Positions 37,465 through 48,900 of a stretch of 64,000 nucleotides of DNA are shown one piece after another. The notes under the pieces are model-generated. The model did no database searches. It saw only the letters and a program-made list of their open reading frames with translations, and was not told the origin of the DNA. The first letter of the stretch is position 1, and every line of letters begins with the position of its first letter. Location of the stretch: positions 56,577-120,576 of the forward strand of contig CAVPCQ010000024.1 in the NCBI GenBank assembly GCA_963702425.1. The letters run 5' to 3'. The DNA is from an uncultured Acidobacteriota bacterium (GTDB lineage: Bacteria; Acidobacteriota; Polarisedimenticolia; J045). Made by a program: the position numbers and the translations under genes.

Positions 37465-38628
37465 GTGATCGTCGAGCGCACGACCGAAGGACTCACGGCG
37501 CGCCTCGCGCCGCGCGGCGCGGGCCGCTTCGCCGGTGCGGGGTTCCTGGCGCTGTGGCTCGCCGGCTGGGCGGTCGGCGAGACCATCGTGATCGGGATTC
37601 TCGGTGGCGGCGCCTGGGCGCTCGCGACCGGGCGGCCGCTCGGCAACGCGGAGAGCGCACCCGGACTCGCCGGCGCGCTCGCGACCGGCACCTTCCTGCT
37701 GGTCTGGCTGGCTTTCTGGACGCTCGGCGGCACCCTCGCCGCGCGCGAGCTGCTGCGCCTCGCCTGGTCCGAGCAGCGGTTCGTCGTCGGCCCGGAGGGC
37801 CTGACGCGGATCGAGCGGATCGGGCCGTTCACGAGCCGGCGCACGTTCGCGCGCGGCGTGCCGCTGCGGTTCTACCTGCTCGACCGCCCGGGCGCGCTGA
37901 TGGCCGACGCCGCCGGCGAGCGGGTGGAGCTGACGCGCCTCGGGACCGCGGAGGAGCGTGCGGAGCTGCGGCAGGCGATCGTCGGCGAACTCGGCCTGCC
38001 GGACGAGCCGGCCGAGGCGAACGAGCCTCCCGCGCTCCCGCGCGGCTGGGAGGTGCTGATCGACCCCGAGGGGAGCCGCGTGCTGGTGCGCGAGCTCGAG
38101 GCGCGGCGCAAGCTGGCGCTGACGATGATCGCGCTGACGACGCTCGCGGGCGCGGCGACTGCGGCGCTGGCCTGGCGGGGGCAGGACGACGGCAACGCGC
38201 TCGTTCCCGCGGCGATGGCGGCCGCGCTGACGATCGGCTTCGCGCTGATGCAGCAGCGGCTGGCGCGGACGCGCCCGGAGTGGCGCCTCGATTCGGGGCG
38301 GCTCCTCCTGCGGCGGCGCGGCCCGTCCGGGGCGAAGGACCTGTTCGAGGCGGCGTCGCTCGAGATCACGGAGAGCCACGACGACGACGGCGACGCCTGG
38401 TACGAACTGGTCGCGCTTGCCGCCGATGCGGCGCCGGGCGGAGCGGCCATCGCACGCGCCGGCCGCCGGCACGAGCGCCGCACCGTGATCCGCGAGCTTC
38501 ACGACCCACGCCCGGCGCGCGCCCTCGGCGCCTGGCTGGCCCGTGAGACGCACCTCCCGCTCGCCGATCGCTCCACGACCGAAGGGCGCGCGGACGAGTG
38601 TCGTCAGCCGGGAGCCGTCAGCAGGTAG
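37465..38628 (+). CDS. Hypothetical membrane protein
   Basis: FLALWLAGWAVGE and VWLAFWTLGG helices; two transmembrane hairpins. Confidence 0.65.
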   Translation: MIVERTTEGLTARLAPRGAGRFAGAGFLALWLAGWAVGETIVIGILGGGAWALATGRPLGNAESAPGLAGALATGTFLLVWLAFWTLGGTLAARELLRLAWSEQRFVVGPEGLTRIERIGPFTSRRTFARGVPLRFYLLDRPGALMADAAGERVELTRLGTAEERAELRQAIVGELGLPDEPAEANEPPALPRGWEVLIDPEGSRVLVRELEARRKLALTMIALTTLAGAATAALAWRGQDDGNALVPAAMAAALTIGFALMQQRLARTRPEWRLDSGRLLLRRRGPSGAKDLFEAASLEITESHDDDGDAWYELVALAADAAPGGAAIARAGRRHERRTVIRELHDPRPARALGAWLARETHLPLADRSTTEGRADECRQPGAVSR

Positions 38629-39756
38629 ACCGCGAACGACGCCAGCCAGTGCTCCCCCTCGTAGTGGCCGCTGGCGACGCGCGCCAGGCCCGACGCGGCG
38701 TGCGCGTCGGCCAGCTTGAGCAGTCGCGCGCGCCGCGGGTCGGCGGCCGGCAGCGCCGAGGCGATCCCGCGCATCGTCCAGGCGCGCACGAGGTTCAGGC
38801 CGTCGAGGTGGACGATCTTCCCGTCGGTCGGGTCGGTCACCTGCGCCGGGCGCTCGAGGTGGCCGAGGCCGGCCGCCGCGCCCGGCCGCAGCCCCGGCAG
38901 GAAGCGGTCGAGCCACGACGAGAACTCCGCCGCCGGCAGGACGCGCCGCATCAGGTCGGCCTCGAGCAGGCAGGGGGAGAAGAAGTCCTCGCCGCTCGGC
39001 TCGTAGGCCACGGGGCAGGCGGCGTCGGCGAGGTAGTACGCGCGGCTGCGCTCGACGACGAGCCGCTCGAGCTTCGCGTCGCCCGACCGCGCGCGCGTAG
39101 TCGAGTGCGAAGGCCAGCGCGAAGGCGGTGTTGGGGTGCACGCCGGAGCGGACCGGGTACGACAGCTTCGGGAGGTAGGCCGACAGGCGCTCGACGATCG
39201 CGCGCTCGAGCGGCGCGATCTGCTGCGCCCACGCCCGGGCCTGCGGGTCGTCCCAGGTGCGCAGCTCGGTCGCGAGGCGCAGCAGCCAGGCCCAGCCGTA
39301 CGGCCGCTCGAACAGCTTCTGGTCGGGCTCCGCGAAGAAGGCGACCTCGCCCGCGAAGCGTTCGGCGGTGAAGCGTGCCGCCAGCGCCTCGCGCGCGCCC
39401 GCGGCGAAGGGCTGGTCCGGGTAGAGCCGCGCCAGCCGGACCAGCATCCAGTGGCCGTGCGCGGCGCTGTGCCAGTCGAAGCAGCCGTAGAAGACCGGGT
39501 GATCGGCGCGCGGCGGGCGGACCGACTCGGCGGAAGCCAGCACGCGCTCCGACTTGTAGGGCCACGGCCGGTCGATGCAGGCCAGCGCGAGCTGCGCGTA
39601 GCGCGCGGCGTTGGCGGGATCGAGAGAGGGCGGCGCGGGCGCGGCCGGCGGAGCAGCGGCCGGGACGGCAGCCGGCGGGGGCGCAACGGGCGCAACCGGC
39701 GCGGCCGGAGTCGCCGCGGCCGCCGCGAGGAGCGCGACGATCAGCAGGGTGCTCAT
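38604..39756 (-). CDS. DUF2891 family secreted protein (apparent frameshift near 39085)
   Basis: HPVFYGCFDWHSAAHGHW, FERPYGWAWLL, GVHPNTAF; then EPSGEDFFSPCL, HLDGLN, YEGEHWLASFA in a second frame. Confidence 0.85.
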
Positions 39757-39788
39757 GGCGGGATTATCACGGAGCGGGCGCCCGGCGG

Positions 39789-40583
39789 TCACAGGACCGT
39801 GAAGCCCCCGATTAGCAGCTCGGCCACCTCCAGGAACAGGTTGCCCGACGCGTGGACGACGATCGGCGGGATCAGCGACCCCCGCTGCAGGAAGACCGCG
39901 GCGGTCATCAACCCGCCGAGCAGCGGGAAGAGCGGGAATCCGTCCTGGTGATAGGGCCCCGCGTGCATCCAGGCGAATACGGCGCCCGACACCAGGAGGG
40001 CCACCCACCCCGGCGTACGTGCCGGCAGCGCGAGGAGCAGGACACCGCGATCGATGAGTTCCTCGCTCAGGGGAGCCAGCAGGAGACTGGCGACGGCGTA
40101 TCCGAGAAGCGCCATGCCGCCCGCCGGCGCGGCAGCGGTCAGGTCCAACGACGCGGGGCCGAGGGGAATCCGGGAGATCGCGAGGACCGCCGCCAGAACG
40201 AGCGTCGTCGCCACCGCGCCGAGGCACACGACGAGCGCGCTCCAGCGCAGTTCGCGCCCGGGATGCGCGAACAGGGCCCGCAGCCGTCCGCGACCGAGCA
40301 CGGCGATCGCGATCCCCGCGCGCAGCAGCGCCAGGCCGTTGTGTGCCCAGACGTCCTGCCCGAAGGGGAGCGTGTTCGCCCAGCCGATTACCAATGAGCA
40401 GAGAGCGGCATCTGCGGCCAGGTAGGCGAGCGCTGGAAGGAGCGGCAAGCGCGCGGTGCCGCGGAGTCGCGCGCCGATCGGCTCGACCCCCACCTTCACG
40501 ATGTCCCGCCAGAGTTCGAGCAGCGCGCGGCAGGGAGTGGATCTCACCCCGACATCATCGCGACCAAGGGGATGCCACCCCAT
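39789..40583 (-). CDS. CPBP (CAAX/Abi) family intramembrane protease (start uncertain)
   Basis: APLSEELIDRG, FAWMH, GSLIPPIVVHASGN. Confidence 0.82.
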   Translation of the reverse strand: MGWHPLGRDDVGVRSTPCRALLELWRDIVKVGVEPIGARLRGTARLPLLPALAYLAADAALCSLVIGWANTLPFGQDVWAHNGLALLRAGIAIAVLGRGRLRALFAHPGRELRWSALVVCLGAVATTLVLAAVLAISRIPLGPASLDLTAAAPAGGMALLGYAVASLLLAPLSEELIDRGVLLLALPARTPGWVALLVSGAVFAWMHAGPYHQDGFPLFPLLGGLMTAAVFLQRGSLIPPIVVHASGNLFLEVAELLIGGFTVL

Positions 40584-40590
40584 CGCCTCA

Positions 40591-41781
40591 TCACGCTCGC
40601 CGGCCGGGGGGCGCGAGGATCGCCTCCGCTCCACGCGCCGCGAGTTCCGCCAAGGGCACCACGCTCACGCGTCGCTCGAGTTCGTAGCGCTGCGACCCCG
40701 GATACAGCACGACGAGGCGCCTGAGCGAGAGGTCCTCGAGCGCAATGCGCATCGAAGACGTCCAGCGCGGTGCGTCCTGAAACTTGACTTCGACGCCATA
40801 TCGGTGACTTCGAACGAAGAGGAGCAGATCCAGCTCCGCACCCGTATGGGTCGCCCAGAAGTGGGCTGCATCGGGCGCGACCGCCCGCAGCGTCTCCTCG
40901 ATGGCGAATCCCTCCCAGGAGGCCCCCACCTTGGGATGGGAGAGCAGATCGCGCTCCGAAGAGAGTCCGAGAAGCGAGTGCAGCAGCCCGCTGTCGCGCA
41001 GGTACACCTTGGGCGACTTCACCTGCCGCTTCTTGAGATTCTCGTGCCACGGGCGGAGCTGGCGTACCAGGAACAGCCCGGTGAGAAGGTCGAGATATCG
41101 CCGGGCGGTCGGCTCGGCGACGCCGAGCGAACGAGCGGCCTCGGCAGTGTTCCAGATACCGCCGTGATAGTGGGCCAGCATCGTCCAGAACCGCAGCAGC
41201 GTGGTGGCTGGGATCGTGATGCCGAGCTGCGGAAGATCGCGTTCGAGGTACGTCTGGATGAACTGCTGACGCCAGATGACGCTCGCCTGTTCCGATCGGG
41301 CGAGGTAGGCAGGTGGAAAGCCGCCACGCCTCCAACGCCGGCGGAGCGTGCCCGGGCCAGCCCCCACCTCGTTCAGACCGAAGCCGTCCAGGATGAGGAT
41401 CTCGATCCGGCCCGCGAGCGTTTCCGAGGACTGCCGGAGGAGATCGGGGCTGGCGCTCCCGAGGATGAGGAACCGCGCGGGCAACGGGCGCCGGTCGGCC
41501 AGGACCCTGAGCACCGGAAAGAGGTCGGGCCGTCGCTGGATCTCGTCGATCACCACGATTCCCCGGAGCGGAGCCAGCGCCGTCATCGGCTCGTCCAGCC
41601 GGGCCAGGCTGCGAGGGTCCTCGAGATCGAAATAGGCCGGTGAATCCGACCGTACGATCTGTCTCGCCAGCGTCGTCTTGCCTGCCTGGCGCGGTCCCAC
41701 GAGGGCGGCGATCCGGCTCCGCTTCAGGGCGGCGCGGATTTCGGCCAGCCAACGGGAGCGCACGATCACGACGCGCAGCAT
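40591..41781 (-). CDS. AAA_14 / DUF4143 ATPase with C-terminal nuclease-like motif
   Basis: GPRQAGKTT, IDEIQ, ILGSAS, ETLAGR, GGFP, KSPKVYLRDSGL, ELDLL...VEVK. Confidence 0.9.
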   Translation of the reverse strand: MLRVVIVRSRWLAEIRAALKRSRIAALVGPRQAGKTTLARQIVRSDSPAYFDLEDPRSLARLDEPMTALAPLRGIVVIDEIQRRPDLFPVLRVLADRRPLPARFLILGSASPDLLRQSSETLAGRIEILILDGFGLNEVGAGPGTLRRRWRRGGFPPAYLARSEQASVIWRQQFIQTYLERDLPQLGITIPATTLLRFWTMLAHYHGGIWNTAEAARSLGVAEPTARRYLDLLTGLFLVRQLRPWHENLKKRQVKSPKVYLRDSGLLHSLLGLSSERDLLSHPKVGASWEGFAIEETLRAVAPDAAHFWATHTGAELDLLLFVRSHRYGVEVKFQDAPRWTSSMRIALEDLSLRRLVVLYPGSQRYELERRVSVVPLAELAARGAEAILAPPGRRA

Positions 41782-41878
41782 ACCATGAAAATCAAACACT
41801 CACAGTCTGTTTTTCATGGTTCCGGAAGAGCGGCCGAAAGGCGAGGAACGCGCCCCCCCCGGACGAGTCCCTGCCGAG

Positions 41879-43996
41879 CTACGGCGAGGCAGTCCCCAGC
41901 GCCGGGTACTCCGTCCCCCCCGCGTCGACGGCGAACACGCGGTAGAACGCCACCGCCGGCGCGGCCGCGTCGGTCCACGCGGTCGCGGTTCCGGCATTGG
42001 TCGCGGTCGCGGCCAGGAACGCCGCGGGCGGGGCCGACGCCGTGCGCCGGACCGCGTAGCGCGTCGCCCCGGCGACCGCGCCCCACGCGAGGCGCACCGA
42101 GGTCCCCTGGCGCGTCGCGGTGACCGACGGCGTCGCCAGCGTGGGCGCCGCGGGCTGCACCGTGGCCAGCACGAGCTGCGCCCCCGAGCGCTGTCCCCGC
42201 TCGTCGACCGCCCGGGCCGCGATCCAGTGCGGCCCGGTGGGGAGCGCCAGGTCGAGCGTGTAGTCCTCGAGGAACCCGTCGATCGCGCCGTCGGCCGGGA
42301 CAGCGGTGACCGCGCTCCACGGCCCGTCGTCGATGCTGATCTCCACTGCCGCGAGGCGCACGACGCTGAAGTCGGCGTGGGTCGTCGAGTAGCCCGGGTT
42401 GTGCGTGGCCAGCCGCACGATCCGCGCCGCACCCGCGAGGCGCGCCCGGCCTCCAGGCACCGGCGACGAGGTGTCGAGCGCCAGCGCGATCTCCGGCGGC
42501 ACATCGGAGACGTCGGGAGTGCCGTCCGCGTCGGTGTCGTACGTCCCGGCCTGGCGCCGCGTCGCGTCGCAGGCGACGGCGACGTTGTTGCGCATCACGC
42601 AGCTCGTGTCGGTCGGGCAGGGGGTGCAGCCGGTCGAGCCGGAGGCGCAGACCTGGCAGTTGTCGTTGAGCCCGTCGAGGTAGCCGGCGTGCGCGGTGCA
42701 GGTGCAGGCCGAGCCGTAGTACTCGTCGAGCGCGAAGAACGAGTGGTGCAGCTCGTGCAGCAGCACCATGTGGAACCGCGAGATCCCCCAGCCGTCGTTG
42801 GAGTAGGTCAGCACGATGTGCGGGCCACCGAGATAGGCGTAGCCGAAGCGGCCGTCGGTGAACTTGCCGTCGGCGTCGGCGCCCGCGGCGCCGGCGTTGC
42901 CGCCGGTGTGGGCGACGAAGACGCTGACCGCCCAGTCGGCGCCGTCGGCGATCCGGGTCGCGTCCGCGAAGCGGCGCGTCAGGACCGTGCGGTGCACGTA
43001 CGGGTCGGCGTATCCCAGCCGGCCCATCACCTCGCGCACCCAGACGTCCTCGCCCGTGGTCCCGCTCGTGGCGGCCGCGCGGTTGATCGGCTCGGTGCCG
43101 GTGCGCGCCACCGTGTCGGTCCGGCCGGTGACCATGTGGACGACGAACGACAGCTGCGCGGCGGGGTAGAGCGCCGCCGCGTTGGCTGCGAACTGCATCA
43201 CGTTCGAGAGGACCTGGCTCTCCTGGTCGAGCGTCCAGTTGTAGACGTTCGGGTCGACCGAGCCGTCGCTCTCGAGCAGGAAGAGGGTCAGCGAGATCGT
43301 TCCGGCGAGGAACTCGCTGGTGTTGTCCCAGCGCGCGCCGTAGGGGCGGCCGTCGAGACCGCTCTCGTCGGCGGGAGCCCGGAAGCGACCGGTCTCGGCG
43401 GGCGGCGGCTCGAGCGCGTCGTGGATCAGCGGATCGCCGTCGGGCGGGGCCGAGAGGGTGCCGCGCACCGGCGTCTTCAGGCGGTTCCACGCCGCGGCGG
43501 CGAGGCGCTGCGGCTCGGGGAGCGCGGGAATGTCCTCGCCGGTCAGGGCGTCGCGCGCGCCGGCGGCGACGCGCGGGTCGGCGGCGAGCGTGGCCAGCGC
43601 GGCATCGGGGCCGGTGACGAGCGCGGTCGACGCGCCGGGGAAGAGGGCGACGACGCGAGCGCCGGCGGCGGCGACGATCGTGCGGACCTCGGCGGGCGAG
43701 GCGTCCTGGAAGATCAGCAGTGCGGTGGCGTCGGCTGCGGCGGCGGGGGAGGTCGATGCTGCGGCGATCGCCAGCACAGTGCCCGCCGACACGGCGACCG
43801 CGATCGCGACGCGCGCGATCCGTGCGGCGGCCGAAGCAGCGCCGCGGGCGAGCCGGACACGGAGAAGCCCCACCCGGCCGAATATGATCCGGATGAGAAA
43901 CCGGACCAGAGCGGCTGTCCAGCCTTGCCCGTGGAGTTTCGTGCGGGTCCGCGCGCCGAGACGCTCCGGTGCCGGGTGACAGGAGTACGATCGCAC
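41879..43996 (-). CDS. Secreted zinc-metallopeptidase-like protein with Ig/FN3-like C-terminal domains (start uncertain)
   Basis: Signal-like hydrophobic stretch, YAYLGGP, LHELHHSFFALDEY, Cys-rich segment, C-terminal VRLAW...YAVRR...FYRVFAVD. Confidence 0.7.
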   Translation of the reverse strand: MRSYSCHPAPERLGARTRTKLHGQGWTAALVRFLIRIIFGRVGLLRVRLARGAASAAARIARVAIAVAVSAGTVLAIAAASTSPAAAADATALLIFQDASPAEVRTIVAAAGARVVALFPGASTALVTGPDAALATLAADPRVAAGARDALTGEDIPALPEPQRLAAAAWNRLKTPVRGTLSAPPDGDPLIHDALEPPPAETGRFRAPADESGLDGRPYGARWDNTSEFLAGTISLTLFLLESDGSVDPNVYNWTLDQESQVLSNVMQFAANAAALYPAAQLSFVVHMVTGRTDTVARTGTEPINRAAATSGTTGEDVWVREVMGRLGYADPYVHRTVLTRRFADATRIADGADWAVSVFVAHTGGNAGAAGADADGKFTDGRFGYAYLGGPHIVLTYSNDGWGISRFHMVLLHELHHSFFALDEYYGSACTCTAHAGYLDGLNDNCQVCASGSTGCTPCPTDTSCVMRNNVAVACDATRRQAGTYDTDADGTPDVSDVPPEIALALDTSSPVPGGRARLAGAARIVRLATHNPGYSTTHADFSVVRLAAVEISIDDGPWSAVTAVPADGAIDGFLEDYTLDLALPTGPHWIAARAVDERGQRSGAQLVLATVQPAAPTLATPSVTATRQGTSVRLAWGAVAGATRYAVRRTASAPPAAFLAATATNAGTATAWTDAAAPAVAFYRVFAVDAGGTEYPALGTASP

Positions 43997-44016
43997 TCTC
44001 TCGGGAGGACCGGATC

Positions 44017-44619
44017 ATGTCGAGAAAGACGCAGGTTGCGGCCCTGGTATTGCTCCTCGTCACGCTCGCCCCGGCAGCGGCGCTCGCCGGCGGCAACGCG
44101 AACTTCACGATCGGCCAGCGGGATCTCGGCAGCGACTGGGACCCGCTCGACGGCCAGATCATGTTCGGTGCCACCGTCGACTGGGGGATGGACGACTGGC
44201 CGGTGCACCTGGCGTGGGGGCTCAACGCTTCGGCCGACAGCCAGGACAACGTCTACGGAACGAACGTGGAGTTCACGGCGGCGCTCGCGGAGCTCTCCTT
44301 CGGGGTGCTCTGGCTGCCGATCAAGGACAAGCCCTTCCGCCCCTACCTCGGCGCCGGGATCGCCGGCGTCTCGGCGGCCTACCAGGCCGAGGCCTTCGGG
44401 GTTTCGATCGACGACGACGACCAGGACTTCGGCTACTACGCCAACGCCGGGATCTACTGGCGGCTCGGCTCGAGCTTCAACCTCGGAATCGACCTGCGCT
44501 ACGGCGGGGGGACGGAGTTCGACTTCTCCATCCCCTCGGAGTTCGGCCGGCAGGCACTGACCGTGGACGGCGGCTACTTCGCCTACTCGCTGCTGCTCGG
44601 GTTCGGCTGGGGCAAGTGA
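44017..44619 (+). CDS. Outer-membrane beta-barrel protein (OmpA/OmpW-like)
   Basis: Signal peptide, FRPYLGAG, amphipathic strands, terminal LGFGW. Confidence 0.8.
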   Translation: MSRKTQVAALVLLLVTLAPAAALAGGNANFTIGQRDLGSDWDPLDGQIMFGATVDWGMDDWPVHLAWGLNASADSQDNVYGTNVEFTAALAELSFGVLWLPIKDKPFRPYLGAGIAGVSAAYQAEAFGVSIDDDDQDFGYYANAGIYWRLGSSFNLGIDLRYGGGTEFDFSIPSEFGRQALTVDGGYFAYSLLLGFGWGK

Positions 44620-44626
44620 CGCGCGC

Positions 44627-45847
44627 TCAGCCCAGCCGCGCGAACACCTTCTCCAGCCGCTCGAGCGCCCATTCGACCTCGTTGGCCGTGATGCAGAGCG
44701 GCGGGGCGACGCGGATCGTGTTGTCGTGCGTCTCCTTGCAGAGCATCCCCTCGCCCTTGAGCGCCTCGCAGTAGCGCCGCGCGCCGCCGGCCGCCGGCTT
44801 CAGCTCGAGCCCGATCCAGAGGCCGATCTGCCGCACCTCGTGGAAGGAGGGCGCGGCGATCGCCTTGATCCCGTCGCCGAGCCGCTTGCCCATCACCGCG
44901 GCGTTCTCGACCAGCCCCTCTTCCCGCAGCACCTTGATCGCCGCCTGGCCCACCGCGGCCCCGATCGGGTTGCCGCCGAAGGTCGAGCCGTGGTCGCCGG
45001 GGTGGAAGACGCCCATCACCTCGTCGTCGGCCACGAAGGCCGAGACCGGGTACATCCCGCCGGAGAGCGCCTTGCCCAGCGTCATCGCGTCGGGCCGCGC
45101 CCCTTCGTGCTCCCACGCGAACATCTTGCCGGTCCGGCCCAGGCCGGACTGGATCTCGTCGAGGATCATCAGCACGCGGTTCTTCGTGCAGATCTCGCGC
45201 ACCTTCTTCAGCGTGCCGGCGGGCGGGATGACGATCCCGGCCTCGCCCTGCACCGGCTCCATCAGGATTGCGACCGTGTTCGGCGTGATCGCGCGCTCGA
45301 GCGCCTCGGCGTCGCCGTACGGCACGAGCTTGAAGCCCGGCGTGAAGGGGCCGAAGCCGTCGCGGTACTGGGCCTCGTCGGAGAACGAGATGATCGCGAT
45401 CGTGCGGCCGGAGAAGTTGTGCTCGAAGGCGATGATCTCCTGCTGGCCTGCGGGGACGCCCTTGACCTTCTCGCCCCACTTGCGCGCGGCCTTCAGCGAG
45501 GTCTCGACCGCTTCCGCGCCGGAGTTCATCGGCAGCACGCGCGCGAAGCCGGTCAGCTCCGAGACGGCCTTCACGAACGGGCCGAGCTGGTCGTTGCGGA
45601 AGGCGCGCGAGGTCAGCGCGATGCGCTGCGCCTGCTCGATCATCGCGGCGACGATCCGGGGGTGGTTGTGCCCCTGGTTCACCGCGGAGTAGGCGGCGAG
45701 GCAGTCGAGGTACTTGCGCCCCTCGACGTCCCAGACCCAGACACCCTGCCCCTTGGTCAGGACGACGTCGAGCGGGTGGTAGTTGTGAGCCCCGTACCGC
45801 TCTTCGAGCGCGATGAAGTCCTGGGCAGAAAGCGTTTGGTAAGACAT
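44627..45847 (-). CDS. rocD: Ornithine aminotransferase
   Basis: [60 protein letters not shown]. Confidence 0.95.
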   Translation of the reverse strand: MSYQTLSAQDFIALEERYGAHNYHPLDVVLTKGQGVWVWDVEGRKYLDCLAAYSAVNQGHNHPRIVAAMIEQAQRIALTSRAFRNDQLGPFVKAVSELTGFARVLPMNSGAEAVETSLKAARKWGEKVKGVPAGQQEIIAFEHNFSGRTIAIISFSDEAQYRDGFGPFTPGFKLVPYGDAEALERAITPNTVAILMEPVQGEAGIVIPPAGTLKKVREICTKNRVLMILDEIQSGLGRTGKMFAWEHEGARPDAMTLGKALSGGMYPVSAFVADDEVMGVFHPGDHGSTFGGNPIGAAVGQAAIKVLREEGLVENAAVMGKRLGDGIKAIAAPSFHEVRQIGLWIGLELKPAAGGARRYCEALKGEGMLCKETHDNTIRVAPPLCITANEVEWALERLEKVFARLG

Positions 45848-45933
45848 TCGTTCCTCCGAATGAAATCAAGAGGCGTGGGCCGTAGGCAGGCCACCGCTCT
45901 ACGCTCGGAGGATATCAGACGAATGTCGTTCGG

Positions 45934-48900
45934 TCACGTCCCTTGGGGCTGGGGGACCCCTCTCCCGGCCGCAACGGCGGCGAGCGCCTGGTGCCGGAGC
46001 AGGGTGTTCCGGTCGAACCGCCGGGCCAGCAGGCCGTCGTAGAGGGCCTCGTACTCGGCGACGTTCTCGGCGACGGACTTGAACGAAAGCCCGCGGACGC
46101 CCGCGCGCAGGCGATCGAGCAGCGCGCGATCGGACGCCAGCCGTTCCAGCGCTGCGGCTAGCCCGGCAGCGTCGCCCGGCTCGACGAGGAGTCCGGTCGT
46201 TTCGTGGACCACGCGTTCCGCCAGGGCCCCGATCCGGGAGGCGACGACGGGTATTCCCAGGCGCAGCGCCTCGTCCAGCGTGAAGCAGTAGGACTCGGGG
46301 CCGACCGAGGGGATCACGACGACGTCGGCGTCGGCGAGCCGCTTCGGCAACTCGCCGGGGGTATAGCTCCCGGTGAGCGCGACCCGTCGCGCGAGCGCGG
46401 CGAGGTCCTTGCCGCCGGGTGCTGCCCCGACCACCGAGAAACGGATCGGCCGCCCAGCCAGCCGCCGCACCGCCTCGAGGAATGGCGCGCGCCCCTTCAC
46501 GGCAGTGAGGTTGCCGAGGAAGATCGCGTGCAGCGTGCGGTCCCCGCCGTGGCGCGACGCCGCGCGAAGCTCCTCGGTCCCGTGGCCGATCACCGCCGTG
46601 CGTGCGGCGATCTCCTCCCCGAAGGCGAGGGCGAGGCGGTCGGCGACGGCGGCCGACGGCGCGACGATCGCGTCGGCCGCGAGCAGCGCCGCGCGGGCGA
46701 CCGCCTGGCGCTCGGCGAGGAGCGCGGCCAGCGCGTCGTCCCCGAGGCCTTCGACGCGCGCGGCCTTGGCACCGAGGCAGGCCACGCAGCGCGCGTCCCC
46801 TTCGTACTGCGAGCGACCGCAGTGCCGGCCGTCGAGTCCCAGCATCGTGAAATCGGGACAGAGGAAGAACAGGTCGTGCGCCGAGACGACCACCTTCGCG
46901 CCGAATCGCCGAGCGACCGCCGGTAGGGCCAGCGTGCCGAACCGCGCGAGGTGATGGAAATGGACCAGCTCCGCACCGCTGCCGGCGACGATCTCCGCGA
47001 AGGCGCGCTCGACCAGCAGGGAGCGCGACTCCAGCGGAGCGCCGAAGATCGCGGCCCGGGCCGGCACCGTCGCCGCGTTGAGCGTCACCTGCAGCGTGCC
47101 GTCCTCGTCCTCGTGCGCGACGGCGTCGAACCAGCCGTCGAGCGGAGCGGGGTGGAGCACCGTGTTGTCGAACCGCTCGCGCGTCCCGGCCACGACCCGC
47201 CGGGTGTGCAGCTCCGTTCCCGCTGGAACGCCGTAGCTGTGCACGACGTGCAGCAGGCGCAGCCGCCGGTCGCCCGGAGGCCGGCGCAGCGCGGCGAACA
47301 GCCGCTGGTGCTGAAGCCGCAGCGGGTTGAGCAGGCACCAGGTCCGGACCGCGCGCTCGTAGGCTGGCCAGCGCTGCGCGACCAGCTCGCGGTTCCGCTC
47401 TTGCAGCGTGCGCCGCTCCGGGACCGCCGAGAAGCCGACCTCGCCGTGGTGGTAGACGAACGCGTCGTCGCAGATCGCCGACTCCATGCCGTAGGCCCAG
47501 CCGCGCTGGCACCAGTCGACCTCCTCGCCGTAGCCGCGGCCGAAGGCCTCGTCGAGCGGTCCGACGGCGTCGATCAGCGCGCGGGTGACGAGCAGGCAGA
47601 AACCGACCCCGGTCGGGACGCGCGGGTAGCGGTGCAGCGACGTCCGCGCGACGAGACGCGCCATGTCGTCGGGAGAGAGGCCATCCGGCAGCGGGTTCTT
47701 CTGGTTGAACTGCGGGACCGAGCAGATCGTCGCGTTGTTGGAGAGCGGCGTGACGGTGTGGATCCGCGGGTCGGAGCGCCGACAGCGGTCCATGCGCGCC
47801 AGCCAGCCGGGCGTGACGACCGTGTCGGCGTTGAGCAGCACGACGTCGCGCGTCGTCCGCTCGAGCCCGGCGTTGACGGCGCCGGGGAAGCCGCGGTTCT
47901 CCGGAAGGCGGTGCACGCGGATCCGCGGGTCGCGCGCTGCGTACGCGTCGAGCACGCCGGCGACGCGGTCGTCGGGACTGGCGTCGTCGACCAGCAGGAT
48001 CCCGTGACGGGAATCGGTGTGGGCGAGCAGCGCGTCGAGGCAGCGCAGCAGGTCGTCGACCCCGTCGTAGACCGGCACGACGATCTCGTAGAGGTGCTGC
48101 TCGGGCTCCGGTTCGTCGGAAGCCGTCAGCGCCGCAGCGACGAGCTCGGCCGTCACCGCCCCCGCGATCTCCTCCGCCTGCCGGCCTGCCGCGTCGGCGA
48201 CCGCCTGGTCGCGCGCGGCCCGCTGCGCGCTCTCGAGCGCGGCGCCCAGCATGTCCGCCTCGGCCACCGTGCGCGCCAAGCGCGCGGCCCTGCGATCGAG
48301 GTCCTCGCGGGCCTCGCGGCCGAAGTCGAGGTCGCTCCCGAGCATCTCGCCGATCTCGATCGCGCCGGCGCCGCCGCTCGCCGGAAGGCACCCGTCCGCG
48401 ACGATCCGCTGCAGCAGGGCCTCCCGCCGGGACCACTCGGCGGCAGCGCCGTGCGGCTCGGTGGCGCCGAGCAGGGCGAGGCACTGGCGGTGGAAGTCGG
48501 CGAACGAGGCGCCGCGCTCGAACGCATCGCCGGCGATCCACGGCGCGTGCGTGCGCCAGAGCGAGAGCAATCCGCGGAAGAGGACCCAGCCCAGCGGGAC
48601 CGGCTCGCTCCAGGCCCACTCGCGATCGACGTAGTGCCAGCGGCCGCGGCCGTCCTCGAGCAGGTTGTCCGGGATGCAGTCGAGGAACTCGGGGCGGAGG
48701 CTCGACTCGCCGTTGCCGGTGGCACCGTGCTTCAGCAGGAAGGCCAGCCAGGTCCGCAGCTCGGCGGCGAACGCGTCGGCGCCGCCGGAACCGCGCCGCA
48801 GCGCGGCCAGCATCCGCGAGGAAAGGGCACGGGCGCTCTCGTGGAGGGCGCTGCGCTCCTCGAGCCGCTGCGTCAGGGGGAGCGCGGGGTCGGCCGGCCC

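Noticed and set aside
41860-41895. Possible REP-like motif CTGCCGAGCTACGGCGAGGCAG at the end of the peptidase gene
   Set aside because: Single short occurrence overlapping coding sequence; cannot be supported without genome-wide counts
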